Below are positions 8,224-17,300 of a DNA stretch of 24,000 nucleotides, piece after piece. The DNA comes from Verrucomicrobiota bacterium (GTDB taxonomy: Bacteria; Verrucomicrobiota; Verrucomicrobiia; Chthoniobacterales; UBA10450), in the NCBI GenBank assembly GCA_003219195.1, contig QHPX01000082.1, forward strand, positions 6,340 through 30,339. The letters are read 5' to 3'. A program made the translations under genes and the position numbers. The notes below the pieces were generated by a model. The model was not told where the DNA came from. It did not search any database and saw only the letters and a list, made by a program, of their open reading frames with translations. How positions within the stretch are numbered: position 1 is the stretch's first letter; every line of letters starts with the position of its first letter.

Positions 8224-8332
8224 AACTGGCACCGTAACCATTGTCCGCTTCTAACCGCGGCTGTATGAGGCACGTCGGGGCGGCGACATGATCTTGCTTG
8301 CCTTGTTCTCTCGCGCCCAATAAAAGGCAGCG

Positions 8333-9334
8333 ATGCAATTCTCGCGAATGATTGGAGCAGCAGTTCTTTTGGTTCTCGTATCAGGTGCGCTCGTCTCGAC
8401 GAAGCTCTCCCGTGCACAGTCTGCGGCCGCAGAGCAAATCGTTGTGACCGGAGAGGAAGTGCCCAGCGCTTACGGTGCGCCGCCGGGGATTTCGCGCAGC
8501 CGCTTTTCACCGCTTACCAATGCGTATGTGTTGCCGCCGGGCGCAGTCTACGGCGGTTTGCTCTATGAAGGAGACGCGTTTCGGCATGGACCGCCCGATC
8601 ATCTCTTCATCGAAGAGGTCGAAATCGGATTACCGCATCGTTTCGGACTTGCCTTCGAAATCAGCCAGGAGCGTTTCAACGGCGACTTCCAAAACAAGAG
8701 CTTCAGCGTTGAAGCGCGTTACGCACTTGCCGACTGGAACAAAATTCCGCTGAATCCGACGCTATTCGCCGAATACAAATTCGGCACCGGGCGTATTCTT
8801 CACGAGGAACGCCCGCCGGAACAAGACATGGCCGAAGAAGAAGCGAGTCGCCAAGCGCATCTAAACCTCGAAGACATGAGCAATGAAGGTGACCTGAGCG
8901 CGGAAGGAAAACCCAAAATGCCCGATGCATATGAGTTCAGGCTTTTGCTTGCTGAAGACTTCGGCGAGCGGATCGAGTGGGCAATGAACTGGTTCTTCGA
9001 GCAAGAAATCGGTTTTGATCGCGGCCGCGAGTGGGGCTTTGCCCAAAGCGCGGTGATTCCGATTTTGCTCGAGCACGAACGTCTCAAAGCCGGCGTCGAA
9101 ATGCAGTACCGGAATTTCACTGACAAGGACACGCGCGGCGATCCACTCCACAGCTTCGTTGTCGGCCCGACCATCGCCTGGAAACCGACGCACAATACCC
9201 GCGTTGACGTTTCCCCGCTCTTCGGATGCACCGACGATGCGCCCCGCGCGCAAGTCTTCGTTGTCTTCTCGATGTTATTTGGGCCGGGCGGCGAAACCGG
9301 AGCCGAAGCGCCCGCTTCAACGCGTAATCGCTAG
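8333..9334 (+). CDS. Putative outer-membrane beta-barrel protein of unknown function
   Basis: The signal-peptide-like N-terminus is MQFSRMIGAAVLLVLVSGALVSTKLSRAQS. There is a series of short amphipathic strand-like segments (FGLAFEISQE, FSVEARYALAD, TLFAEYKFG, YEFRLLLAEDF, IEWAMNWFFEQE, AGVEMQYRNF, VVGPTIAWKP, QVFVVFSMLF). An acidic insert (EERPPEQDMAEEEASRQAHLNLEDMSNEGDLSAEG) is present. No catalytic motif was recognised. Confidence 0.55.
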   Translation: MQFSRMIGAAVLLVLVSGALVSTKLSRAQSAAAEQIVVTGEEVPSAYGAPPGISRSRFSPLTNAYVLPPGAVYGGLLYEGDAFRHGPPDHLFIEEVEIGLPHRFGLAFEISQERFNGDFQNKSFSVEARYALADWNKIPLNPTLFAEYKFGTGRILHEERPPEQDMAEEEASRQAHLNLEDMSNEGDLSAEGKPKMPDAYEFRLLLAEDFGERIEWAMNWFFEQEIGFDRGREWGFAQSAVIPILLEHERLKAGVEMQYRNFTDKDTRGDPLHSFVVGPTIAWKPTHNTRVDVSPLFGCTDDAPRAQVFVVFSMLFGPGGETGAEAPASTRNR

Positions 9335-9454
9335 AATATTTTTCTGCCGCGGCCGTCTATGACCAGCGGAATAATGCGACGCTCCTGGAGCGCCGCTCCA
9401 AGGCTTGACCGCTTCTCTTCGCCTCCGTAGCCTTTTTTCAGAAAGGAGCACGAG

Positions 9455-9691
9455 GTGAAAACCGAGATATCGATCGAATACTGCGTGGTTTGAAACTACA
9501 CACCCAAGGCCGTCAGTTTGGCGGCCAAAATTCTCGAACTCGGCGAGCGTATCAAGTCGCTTACTCTCGTTCCTTCGAGCGGCGGAGCATTCGAAATTCG
9601 CGCCAATGGAAAACTTCTCCATTCCAAACTCGATTCCGGCGATTGGCCGGACTTCGATGCCATTGTGCGCGACATCAAGAAACTCAAGTAA
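9455..9691 (+). CDS. SelW/Rdx-family selenoprotein (CxxU redox motif) with in-frame UGA = Sec at 9491..9493
   Basis: GTG 9455 lies 6 nt after AAGGAG (9443..9448) and is the first start after the in-frame stop at 9428. The translation is VKTEISIEYCVV-U-NYTPKAVSLAAKILELGERIKSLTLVPSSGGAFEIRANGKLLHSKLDSGDWPDFDAIVRDIKKLK*. This matches the Rdx pattern IEYC-x-x-C/U ... L-P-x-x-G-G-x-FE ... G-x-L-x-SK ... G-x-FP. It is absent from the ORF track because of the UGA. A hairpin follows the UGA, and the gene lies next to tRNA-Sec and selDAB. Confidence 0.85.
9508..9526 (+). promoter_or_regulatory. Candidate bacterial SECIS hairpin for the SelW-like gene
   Basis: ggccgtc AGTTT ggcggcc forms a 7-bp stem (one G-U pair) with loop AGUUU. 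The loop G at 9516 is 23 nt after the UGA. The same loop sequence occurs in the selD hairpin. Confidence 0.55.
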
Positions 9692-9768
9692 TCGCTCTTT
9701 TGCTTCTTCTGTAGCTCGGCGTTGGACCTTGAACGTTGGGCGTTGGACGTTTTCTGTTTTTTCTTTCC

Positions 9769-9862
9769 GGAGAGTGAAGGGTGCCTGGTGGCCCTCGCGG
9801 TCTTCAAAACCGTCGCCGCCGCGCAAGCGGCGAGATAGGTTCGATTCCTGTCCTCTCCGCCA
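9769..9862 (+). tRNA. selC: tRNA-Sec (anticodon UCA), 94 nt with encoded CCA
   Basis: The anticodon loop CU-UCA-AA is flanked by the 5-bp stem gcggt/accgt. A D-arm of about 6 bp has the 4-nt loop TGGT. The long variable arm is cgccgc-cgcgcaa-gcggcg. The T-arm is atagg-TTCGATT-cctgt. The acceptor GGAGAG.. pairs with ..CTCTCC, followed by discriminator G and CCA. The overall layout resembles E. coli selC as I recall it. Confidence 0.85.
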
Positions 9863-9888
9863 ATTCCATATTTTAGATCGCGTTGTAG

Positions 9889-9918
9889 CTGCCGCCGTCA
9901 CCGCGGCAGACCCATTTT
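9889..9918 (+). terminator. Weak hairpin plus T-run between tRNA-Sec and selD (possible partial terminator or processing site)
   Basis: ctgccgc (9889..9895) pairs with gcggcag (9903..9909) across a 7-nt loop. TTTT at 9915..9918 is separated from the stem by 5 nt, so this is not a canonical intrinsic terminator. Confidence 0.25.
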
Positions 9919-9936
9919 GGAGAGGGGGTGAGTCGG

Positions 9937-10989
9937 ATGTCGCGCGACCAAATTCGTAAACTAACGTCGCTCTCCTCCTGCGCGGGGTGAGCTTCCAAGT
10001 TGAGCCAACAGGCCCTGACGCAAGTTTTGCGTCAGCTTCCAATTTCCACGAACGCGAAAGTGCTCGTCAATTCGTACACGTTCGATGACGCCGGCGTTTA
10101 TCGTTTGGATCGACATCGTGCGCTCGTGCAAACGGTCGATTTCTTCACGCCGATTGTGGACGATCCATTTGCTTACGGCCAAATCGCCGCCGCCAATGCG
10201 CTCTCCGATGTTTTTGCCATGGGGGGCCGGCCGCTCACGGCCTTGAACATCATGGGATTTCCCGCTGATTTGGTTCCGTCGAAGACAATTACGTCGATTT
10301 TGCGCGGCGGTTATGAGAAAGCGGCCGAAGTTAGCTGCGCAATCGTCGGCGGACACACCATTCGCAATCCGGAACCAATTTACGGTCTTGCGGTCACGGG
10401 CATTGTTGACCTTCGACACATGATGACGAACGCAAAGGCGCGGCCCGGCGATTTGCTTGTCCTGACAAAACCGCTCGGCACCGGCATCGCCACAACTGCG
10501 CTCAAACGCGGCCTTTGCTCGCGCGAGGTCGAGCGAAAAGTCATTTCATTAATGTCGAGAATAAATTCGGTTGGCGCCAAGCTCGCCGAAAAGAAACTCG
10601 TGCGCGCGGCAATCGACGTCACTGGTTTCGGATTGCTCGGTCACCTTGCGTCGATGTGCCGAGCCAGCGAAATGAGCGCTGAAGTTTTGAGCGACCGGGT
10701 TCCGGCAATCGACGATGAGATATTTGAATTGATCGCGCGTGACTGCATTCCCGGCGGCAGCCGCGACAACCTGAAAAGCGCGAACAGCATTGTCGACTGG
10801 CAAAAAACGCCGCAGCCGCAACGAATTTTGCTCACTGATGCACAAACGAGCGGCGGTTTGCTTCTCGCTGTTGCGCCGAGCCGTCTCAACAAAGTGCTCG
10901 CGCTGCTCAAACGGAATCGCACAACATGCGCCGCCATCATCGGGAAAATTGTTCCAGCGCGCGAACCGCTCCTATGCATAAAGAAGTAA
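9937..10989 (+). CDS. selD: Selenide, water dikinase (selenophosphate synthetase), selenocysteine-containing form; UGA = Sec at 9988..9990
   Basis: ATG 9937 lies after GGAGAGGGGG (9919..9928) and is in frame with track ORF 10000..10989. The N-terminus reads MSRDQIRKLTSLSSCAG-U-ASKLSQQALTQVL. It aligns with the E. coli SelD active-site segment [25 protein letters not shown], with U at the Cys17 position and K at the Lys20 position. Downstream come DDAGVY, TVDFFTPIVDDPFAYGQIAAANALSDVFAMGG and the AIR-synthase-like fold motifs. Confidence 0.85.
10015..10035 (+). promoter_or_regulatory. Candidate bacterial SECIS hairpin for selD
   Basis: ctgacgca AGTTT tgcgtcag forms a perfect 8-bp stem with loop AGUUU. 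The loop G at 10024 is 34 nt after the UGA. Confidence 0.5.
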
Positions 10990-12344
10990 CTGCTTCGCGC
11001 CGCGCCATTCCCTCAGTCACGAAGGTGCTCGATTCGCTAGGCAAAATCGATTTAGCCCGGCCGTTGATTGTCGATCGTGTCCGACGAGAACTTTCGAGAA
11101 TCCGCGCCTCGGGCAAGATTCCTGAATTTCGATCGATTGTCGATCTTGTGCGCATTTCGCTCGAGGAGCTTCGTGCCAGCCGGCTGCAACCGGTCATTAA
11201 CGGAACTGGGATCGTCATTCACACAAACGTTGGCCGCGCCCCGCTCGCTTCAGCGGCAGTCCATGCGCTCAGCGAAGTTGGCTCGGCCTACTCCAATCTC
11301 GAGTACGATCTGATGACGGGTGGCCGAGGACACCGCGGCGCTTACATCGAGACCGCGCTCGCGCTGCTTTGCGGCGCGGAATCGGCCACGGTCGTGAACA
11401 ACTGCGCCGCCGCGCTGGTGCTGATCGTTCAACATTTTACCAGGACCAAGCCGGAAGTCGTCATCTCGCGCGGTGAACTTGTCCAAATCGGCGGTGAATT
11501 TCGCATCGGCGAAATCCTCGAGGCGACCGGCGTGAAGTTGCGAGAGGTCGGAGCGACAAACAAAACAGCGCTCGCCGATTACTCGCGAGCAATTGGTCCA
11601 CAGACCGGAATAATCTTGAAAGTTCATCGCAGTAATTTTTTCATGAGCGGTTTTGTCGAATCGCCTTCTTCGACGGCAATCGCCAGGCTCGCCCGAAAAA
11701 AGCGCGTTCCCTTTGCTGAGGATTTGGGCAGCGGCGCGATCGTTGCGACGGAACAATTTGGAATACCAGAGCATGAGCCGACGCCGGTTGAGGCGCTGGA
11801 AGATGGCGCCGATCTTGTTTGCTTCAGCGGCGATAAGTTGTTCGGCGGACCGCAAGCGGGGATTATCGCCGGGAAAAAGCGGTTCATCGCCGCCCTGAAG
11901 CGCGAGCCGCTATTTCGCGCGTTGCGCTGCGACAAACTGATTCTCACGGCGCTGCAATCGACTGTCGATTTTCACCTCACTGATTCGACGTCCGAAATCC
12001 CGGCAATCGCGTTCTTGCGGATTTCCAAAGACGAATTGCGCGCACGCGCCGCGGCGATCCTTGCCCGGCTTCGCGGATTACCGCTGCAAATCGCGATTGG
12101 GCGCGGCACCGTTAAAGTCGGCGGCGGCACACTGCCGAGGTCAGTGATGTCGTCAATCACGATCGATATTTTTCCGGAGAGTTGTTCTGTCCAGGATTTC
12201 GCGAGCACTCTTCGTCAATCGGTTCCACCGGTCATCGGTTACGTCGCGAATGAGCGGTTCAAGCTCGATCTGCGCACGATCTTTCCGCAACAGGACGACG
12301 CTGTCGTTGACGCGATTCGAACCGCCTGCGCAGCGACTCACTAA
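10974..12344 (+). CDS. selA: L-seryl-tRNA(Sec) selenium transferase
   Basis: MHKEVTASRRAIPSVTKVLD... has the SelA-type N-terminus. FSGDKLFGGPQAGII matches the SelA PLP-lysine motif. ATG 10974 is preferred to track start 10926; it gives a 16-nt overlap with selD instead of 64 nt. Confidence 0.85.
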   Translation: MHKEVTASRRAIPSVTKVLDSLGKIDLARPLIVDRVRRELSRIRASGKIPEFRSIVDLVRISLEELRASRLQPVINGTGIVIHTNVGRAPLASAAVHALSEVGSAYSNLEYDLMTGGRGHRGAYIETALALLCGAESATVVNNCAAALVLIVQHFTRTKPEVVISRGELVQIGGEFRIGEILEATGVKLREVGATNKTALADYSRAIGPQTGIILKVHRSNFFMSGFVESPSSTAIARLARKKRVPFAEDLGSGAIVATEQFGIPEHEPTPVEALEDGADLVCFSGDKLFGGPQAGIIAGKKRFIAALKREPLFRALRCDKLILTALQSTVDFHLTDSTSEIPAIAFLRISKDELRARAAAILARLRGLPLQIAIGRGTVKVGGGTLPRSVMSSITIDIFPESCSVQDFASTLRQSVPPVIGYVANERFKLDLRTIFPQQDDAVVDAIRTACAATH

Positions 12345-12355
12345 TTCTCGTCCAG

Positions 12356-14281
12356 ATGACGGAAAAACATTTCATTCTCGCAACCGCCGGCCATGTCGAT
12401 CATGGCAAGAGCGCGCTGGTCAAAGCGCTTACTGGAATTGATCCCGATCGCCTGCCGGAGGAAAAGGCACGGGGCATCAGCATCGAACTCGGGTTCGCGC
12501 AATTGATTCTCCCCGGGCCTGACGAGCAGCGGTACCACGTAGGAATTGTCGATGTACCTGGTCACGAAGATTTCGTCCGAAACATGATTGGGGGCGTTGG
12601 CTCGATCGATCTCGCACTTCTGGTTATTGCAGCCGACGACGGTTGGATGCCGCAGACAGAAGAGCACCTCCAAATTCTGATTTATCTCGGTGTGAAACGC
12701 GCGCTGATCGCGCTGACAAAGAGCGATCTGGGTAAGATCGACAATATCGCTGGGCAAATCCGCCACCGGCTACGCGACACTCCGGTTACAAGTTCACACA
12801 TCATTCCGACTTCCGTTCGCACCGGCGAAGGAATCGAAAATTTAAAACGCGCGCTTGCCCTGGAGTTCGCAACTCTGCCACCGCAACGCGATATCGGGAA
12901 AGCGCGCCTGTTTGTCGATCGCGCGTTTACGTTGCGCGGCATCGGCACGGTCGTGACCGGCACATTAACGGGTGGAAAACTCCGACGAGGCCAGAATGTT
13001 ATCGTCCAACCGCAAAATGTTTCCTCGCGTATCCGCTCGATTCAAAGTCACGGACGCGATCTGGAATCCGCCGAGCCCGGGATGCGCACTGCGGTCAATT
13101 TACCCGATGTCGAACTTGGAACCGGCCCGGCGGCGATCAAGCGCGGCGACGTGGTCACGATTGTCGATCTTGTTGCGCCCAGCGCGACCTTTGATGTTCT
13201 GCTCGAAAAATCGCCGCGCCTGAATCGAAGCGACCCGGCGGCGCGTCCGCTGAGAAATGGAACCTCGATTTACGTTCACCACGGCACCGCGCGCGTTTCG
13301 GCGAAGGTTGCGTTCCTTGAAGAAGAAACGTTGGCCTGCGGCGAAAGCTTGCTCGCGCGTTTGCGACTGAAGTCGCCCATCCTCGCCCTGCTCGGTGATC
13401 GGTTTGTTATTCGCGACTCATCAGAGCAGCATACGATCGCTGGCGGGATCATGCTGGATCCAGATGCTGATCGATCGAATTTTCAAAGCGCAGGCCAAAA
13501 GCGGCTTTTAAAACAGCGCGCGACTGCGCCGCACGATGTCGATCTTTGCCTGCAATCGGAACTTGCTCGCAGCGGCATCGCGGAAAGCAAGACGTTGCTG
13601 CGCAAATCGCACTTCAGCCAGGCTGAAATCACGTCTGCTTTGCTTCGGTTACAAGGTCGAGGCGCAATTATCTTGCGTAGCGAAATTGCCGCCGCTGCCG
13701 GCAAGTGGCTTGAGCTCGTACACCGCGCAAGTGAACTGATCGACACAACGCACAAAAAACATCCGGAAAAGCGCGGCCTTGAGCTTGCTGAGTTGCGCGC
13801 GGCATTGCCCGATCAATCAGCTGACGCTTTCGACGCGCTCCTTTCGGATTTGTGCGCAAACAGTTTTGTTCGAGCCGGCACGTCAATCGCACGCGCATCG
13901 CACCGTGCCGCATTGCCGCCGCAGATTCAGCCGGCCGCGGAGAAGATTCGAACCGCACTCTCGGCAAAGCCTTTCGATCCACCCGCGCGCAAACAAATCG
14001 CGCAAGATCGACATCTACAGCAGGCGCTCCGATTTTTGATCGAACAAGGCGAAGTCGTCGAAATCGGTGCTGACGTGGTCTTGTCGCGAGAAGCGTTCAC
14101 CCAAATGAAGGAAGCGGTCACGGCGTTCATTTCAAAAAACGATTCCGCCATCGTGGGCGAACTCCGCCATGAACTTCAGACATCGCGCCGAGTCATTGTC
14201 CCCTTGCTTGAGCGGCTCGATCGCGAACGCATCACCCGCCGCACTGGAGATCGACGAACGTTGGTCGCGATGAAATTGTAG
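12356..14281 (+). CDS. selB: Selenocysteine-specific translation elongation factor
   Basis: The GTPase motifs are AGHVDHGKS (G1), DVPGHEDF (G3) and TKSD (G4). The EF-Tu-like domains are followed by a long C-terminal extension of about 300 aa, which in SelB forms the SECIS-binding winged-helix region. The gene sits immediately after selA. Confidence 0.9.
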   Translation: MTEKHFILATAGHVDHGKSALVKALTGIDPDRLPEEKARGISIELGFAQLILPGPDEQRYHVGIVDVPGHEDFVRNMIGGVGSIDLALLVIAADDGWMPQTEEHLQILIYLGVKRALIALTKSDLGKIDNIAGQIRHRLRDTPVTSSHIIPTSVRTGEGIENLKRALALEFATLPPQRDIGKARLFVDRAFTLRGIGTVVTGTLTGGKLRRGQNVIVQPQNVSSRIRSIQSHGRDLESAEPGMRTAVNLPDVELGTGPAAIKRGDVVTIVDLVAPSATFDVLLEKSPRLNRSDPAARPLRNGTSIYVHHGTARVSAKVAFLEEETLACGESLLARLRLKSPILALLGDRFVIRDSSEQHTIAGGIMLDPDADRSNFQSAGQKRLLKQRATAPHDVDLCLQSELARSGIAESKTLLRKSHFSQAEITSALLRLQGRGAIILRSEIAAAAGKWLELVHRASELIDTTHKKHPEKRGLELAELRAALPDQSADAFDALLSDLCANSFVRAGTSIARASHRAALPPQIQPAAEKIRTALSAKPFDPPARKQIAQDRHLQQALRFLIEQGEVVEIGADVVLSREAFTQMKEAVTAFISKNDSAIVGELRHELQTSRRVIVPLLERLDRERITRRTGDRRTLVAMKL

Positions 14282-14310
14282 CGACTGCGAACATCGGGCT
14301 AGATTAGCCG

Positions 14311-17300
14311 ATGGTTCAGAGAAGCGCCAACGAGCGACAAAATGTGCGACATGTGACGCTTCATATTGGCGCCTCGTTTGAGGCCGCTTGGGAGAGCGTG
14401 CTCCAGCCGTGGTTTGAGTCTGTGTCTCAGATCGCTTGCGCCATCGCTAAGCCGGCGGTCGTTGTTTTGCCTTACCAGTCTCGCACCCAATTCTTCCGCT
14501 ATCGCCTCCTGGAGGCAGGCATCCCGCTCCTGGGAGTAAAATTCGTTGCTCCGTTGCAACTGCGGGAAATTCTCCTCCATCCGGCGGGAGTTAAATTGCC
14601 GCTCCGCGAGCACCTTCGTCTTCTGCTTTCCTTCGCAGCGGAGCAAGTCATCGCAGCGAACTCCGAAAATGAAGCCATCGACGCGACTATTGCCGCCGCA
14701 AAAACCGTCTGGCGCGCGCCCGATCATCTGCTTCGTACAATCGACCGGCTAAACGCTGCCGGCTGGTCTTTCGATGAGATCGGGCCACCGGCATTTCAAA
14801 AAGTTCTCTCTCGCTTTCGGACTCTGATTAAGAAGTGCGGCTTCACCTCTATTCACGAAGCCGACCGTCTTGCCCTGGCCCGGGCTGAGAACGCAGAGAA
14901 AATTTTTAGCAATTTGCTGGTTGCGGGATTCGACGGAGCCCACTGGCCGCTTTGGCCAATGCTCTCGGCCGCGACAAAAGCATCAGCCAAGGCCACAGTC
15001 GTTCTGACCGACCCTCGCGATGAAGCCCGTGATCTCGATGAATGTTGGATCGGAACCTGGGAACAAACATTTGCCGCTGCTCTACCAATCGAGCCGCCGA
15101 CCCGCGTGGCAAGAATATCTTCTCGCCAAATTTCCGGCGCTGCCGATCAAAAAAGTCAGCTCGAGCTTTTTGCGGATAAACTTGGCCGGCCAGTTCATTT
15201 TCTTCTGGGCCGCGAAACAACTGAAGAAGCTCGCGCTATTTCTACTCTTGTTTTGAAATTCCTCACCGAGCCTTCCGCTCGTCGCATTGGTGTTTTGTTT
15301 CCCTCCGCCGGCGCACTTGCCCGATCGGTCGCAGCGCTTCTCAGCGAACTCGAGATTCCGCACTACGATTCGATCGCTCATCTGATAGCGCCCACAATAG
15401 ATGATCTTGCCTGGCAAGCCTGGCTGCAGTTGCAGGAAAACAACCGGCTTAATCCTCTCCTCCACTTTCTATCGACCTTTGAAAACAACGCACGCCTGCT
15501 CGGCGACGTGACGCTGGAGCAAGTCGAGAATATTTTACGCCGCGCTTATCGACAAATCCTGATCGATGACATCGCGGTGCTGCGCGAATATTGCGCGCAT
15601 CACTCGACCGAGGAGGCTGCACCAGCAGCTGCAGTTCGCATGGCCGGCGTGAGATTTTTACCGGCAGCCGCGACTTTCCCGGAATTCATCAGGCAAACTT
15701 CCGAAATCTTCGCCGAACTGGGCTGGGAAAACCGGAAGATTGAATTGGAAAGATTGAGTAAGGATTGGAGCGAAACTATCGACGGCTCCTTTTCGCGCCA
15801 GAGTTACCTGCGGTGGCTACGTGAGATTCTCAGCAAACCGACGCGATCACGCGACCGATGCGGCGATCATCCCTACAGCCGCGTCCATTTGCTTTCGTTT
15901 AGAGAAGCCGAAGGGCAGGAGTGGTCGCATCTCATCCTCGCCGGGCTGAACGAAGGCGCGTGGCCGCGATCGGACAACGAATCGGATTTTGTTCGCGACG
16001 AAGAGATCGATGCTCTCAATCGCCGGATCAAAGTCTTGAACCGGCGCGCGATCGTGCAAGGCCGCCACGGAGAAGGACAGTGGAGCGTTAAGGAGGGAAA
16101 AACGTTGTGCCTCGGTTCGATCGAGCGGCAGCAGATCGCCCTCCGGCAGATGGCTAACTTGATGGAATCAGCGGAACAAGGGTTGGCAATCAGCGCGGCC
16201 TTGTTCACCGAATCATCTCCGCGGCGCATCGCCAATCCGAGCGAGTTTTTTTCCGGTCTGTATTTCAATCTCCATGGCAAGGCGCTTTCCCAACCCACGC
16301 TCGAAGCGATGGAGAAACAGACACATGAATGGGTGGAACAATCCGGCTTGCTTGTCAGAAAAGCGCGAGATGAAGCAGCCGTTGCGCAAACGCGAATTGC
16401 CTATAATGAGCGGCGCGCCGAAAAAAAAGCTGGTGAGTTCGAATTTGCCCTTCGGGCGCCGCTGATCGAGCCAATCTCACTTTCCGTATCGGAGTTCGAA
16501 CGATTATTCAAATCGCCGGCGCTCATCTGGATGAAGTCCTTTCTCGGCGTTGAGGCGGACGATCTCGATCTCGAGCAATGGAACCTAGCCGTTGGCATTT
16601 GGGTGCATGAATGGCTACGCGAGATTGTTGATCGCCCTTCCGCCCAAAGTTTCGGAAAACTTGGTTCCGATGCGCGAGAGCGCGTCCAGCGCGCGGCCAC
16701 GACGTTTCGTGACGAGATCGCAACAATGTTGAAACGATGCGGTCGCGCCGTGCCGGATTGGTGGAGCTCGACCTGGCACAATGCCTTTTACATATCGAAT
16801 TGTTTCGCTGGACATGTCGCCGCGACCAAGGAATGGCCCTATGCGGCGACGGAATGGTCGCTCCGCGCTTTGCCTGCAATTCAGATAAACGGCGCCGATG
16901 GACTCAAACTGCGCGGTCGCATCGACCTGATTCTGGCCAAGGAAAATCCAACTACCAACAAATTTACTGAGGAAGATCTCTGGGTGGTCGATTACAAAAC
17001 CGGAAAACGCAAAAACCTTCGCTCATCGCAGTGGCGGTTAGAGGACGACATTCGAAACGGAGTCCTCAAACAACTGCTCAAGGGCGAAGGCGTGCAAGTC
17101 GGCTTGTATGCTTTAGCGCTGGGTCAACTTGGAGCCAAAAACGTCGGGATCAGTTTGTTGGCGCGAGGTCTCGATCTTTCCGCGCCGCAGTTGATGCTGC
17201 CGCAGATCACGTGTCACGATCAGGTCTGGCGCGAACTGTCCGGCATGGAGAAGAGCGGTGTCTTCGGAATGCGTGGAGCGATTCGCTCTGAGTTTAATTT

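Noticed and set aside
9405-9433. Possible sigma70-type promoter for the sel island (TTGACC, 17 nt, TAGCCT)
   Set aside because: The -10 matches only 3 of 6 positions. It cannot be supported without transcript mapping.
9490-9714. 74-aa plus-strand ORF (MKLHTQGRQFGGQNSRTRR...)
   Set aside because: It is in the wrong frame over the SelW-like gene, and its product is low-complexity and basic. The correct frame is interrupted only by the Sec UGA.
9317-10042. 241-aa minus-strand ORF, the longest track ORF in this interval
   Set aside because: It runs antisense across the SelW-like gene, the tRNA-Sec gene and the selD start. Its product is Arg/Ser-rich with no recognisable motifs. The plus-strand features explain the region fully.
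10926-10973. Upstream starts offered by the track for selA (10926) and addA (17358)
   Set aside because: These starts give long overlaps with the preceding genes and add non-conserved, Arg- or Gly-rich leaders. ATG 10974 and ATG 17409 (an ATGA overlap with an SD) fit the family N-termini.
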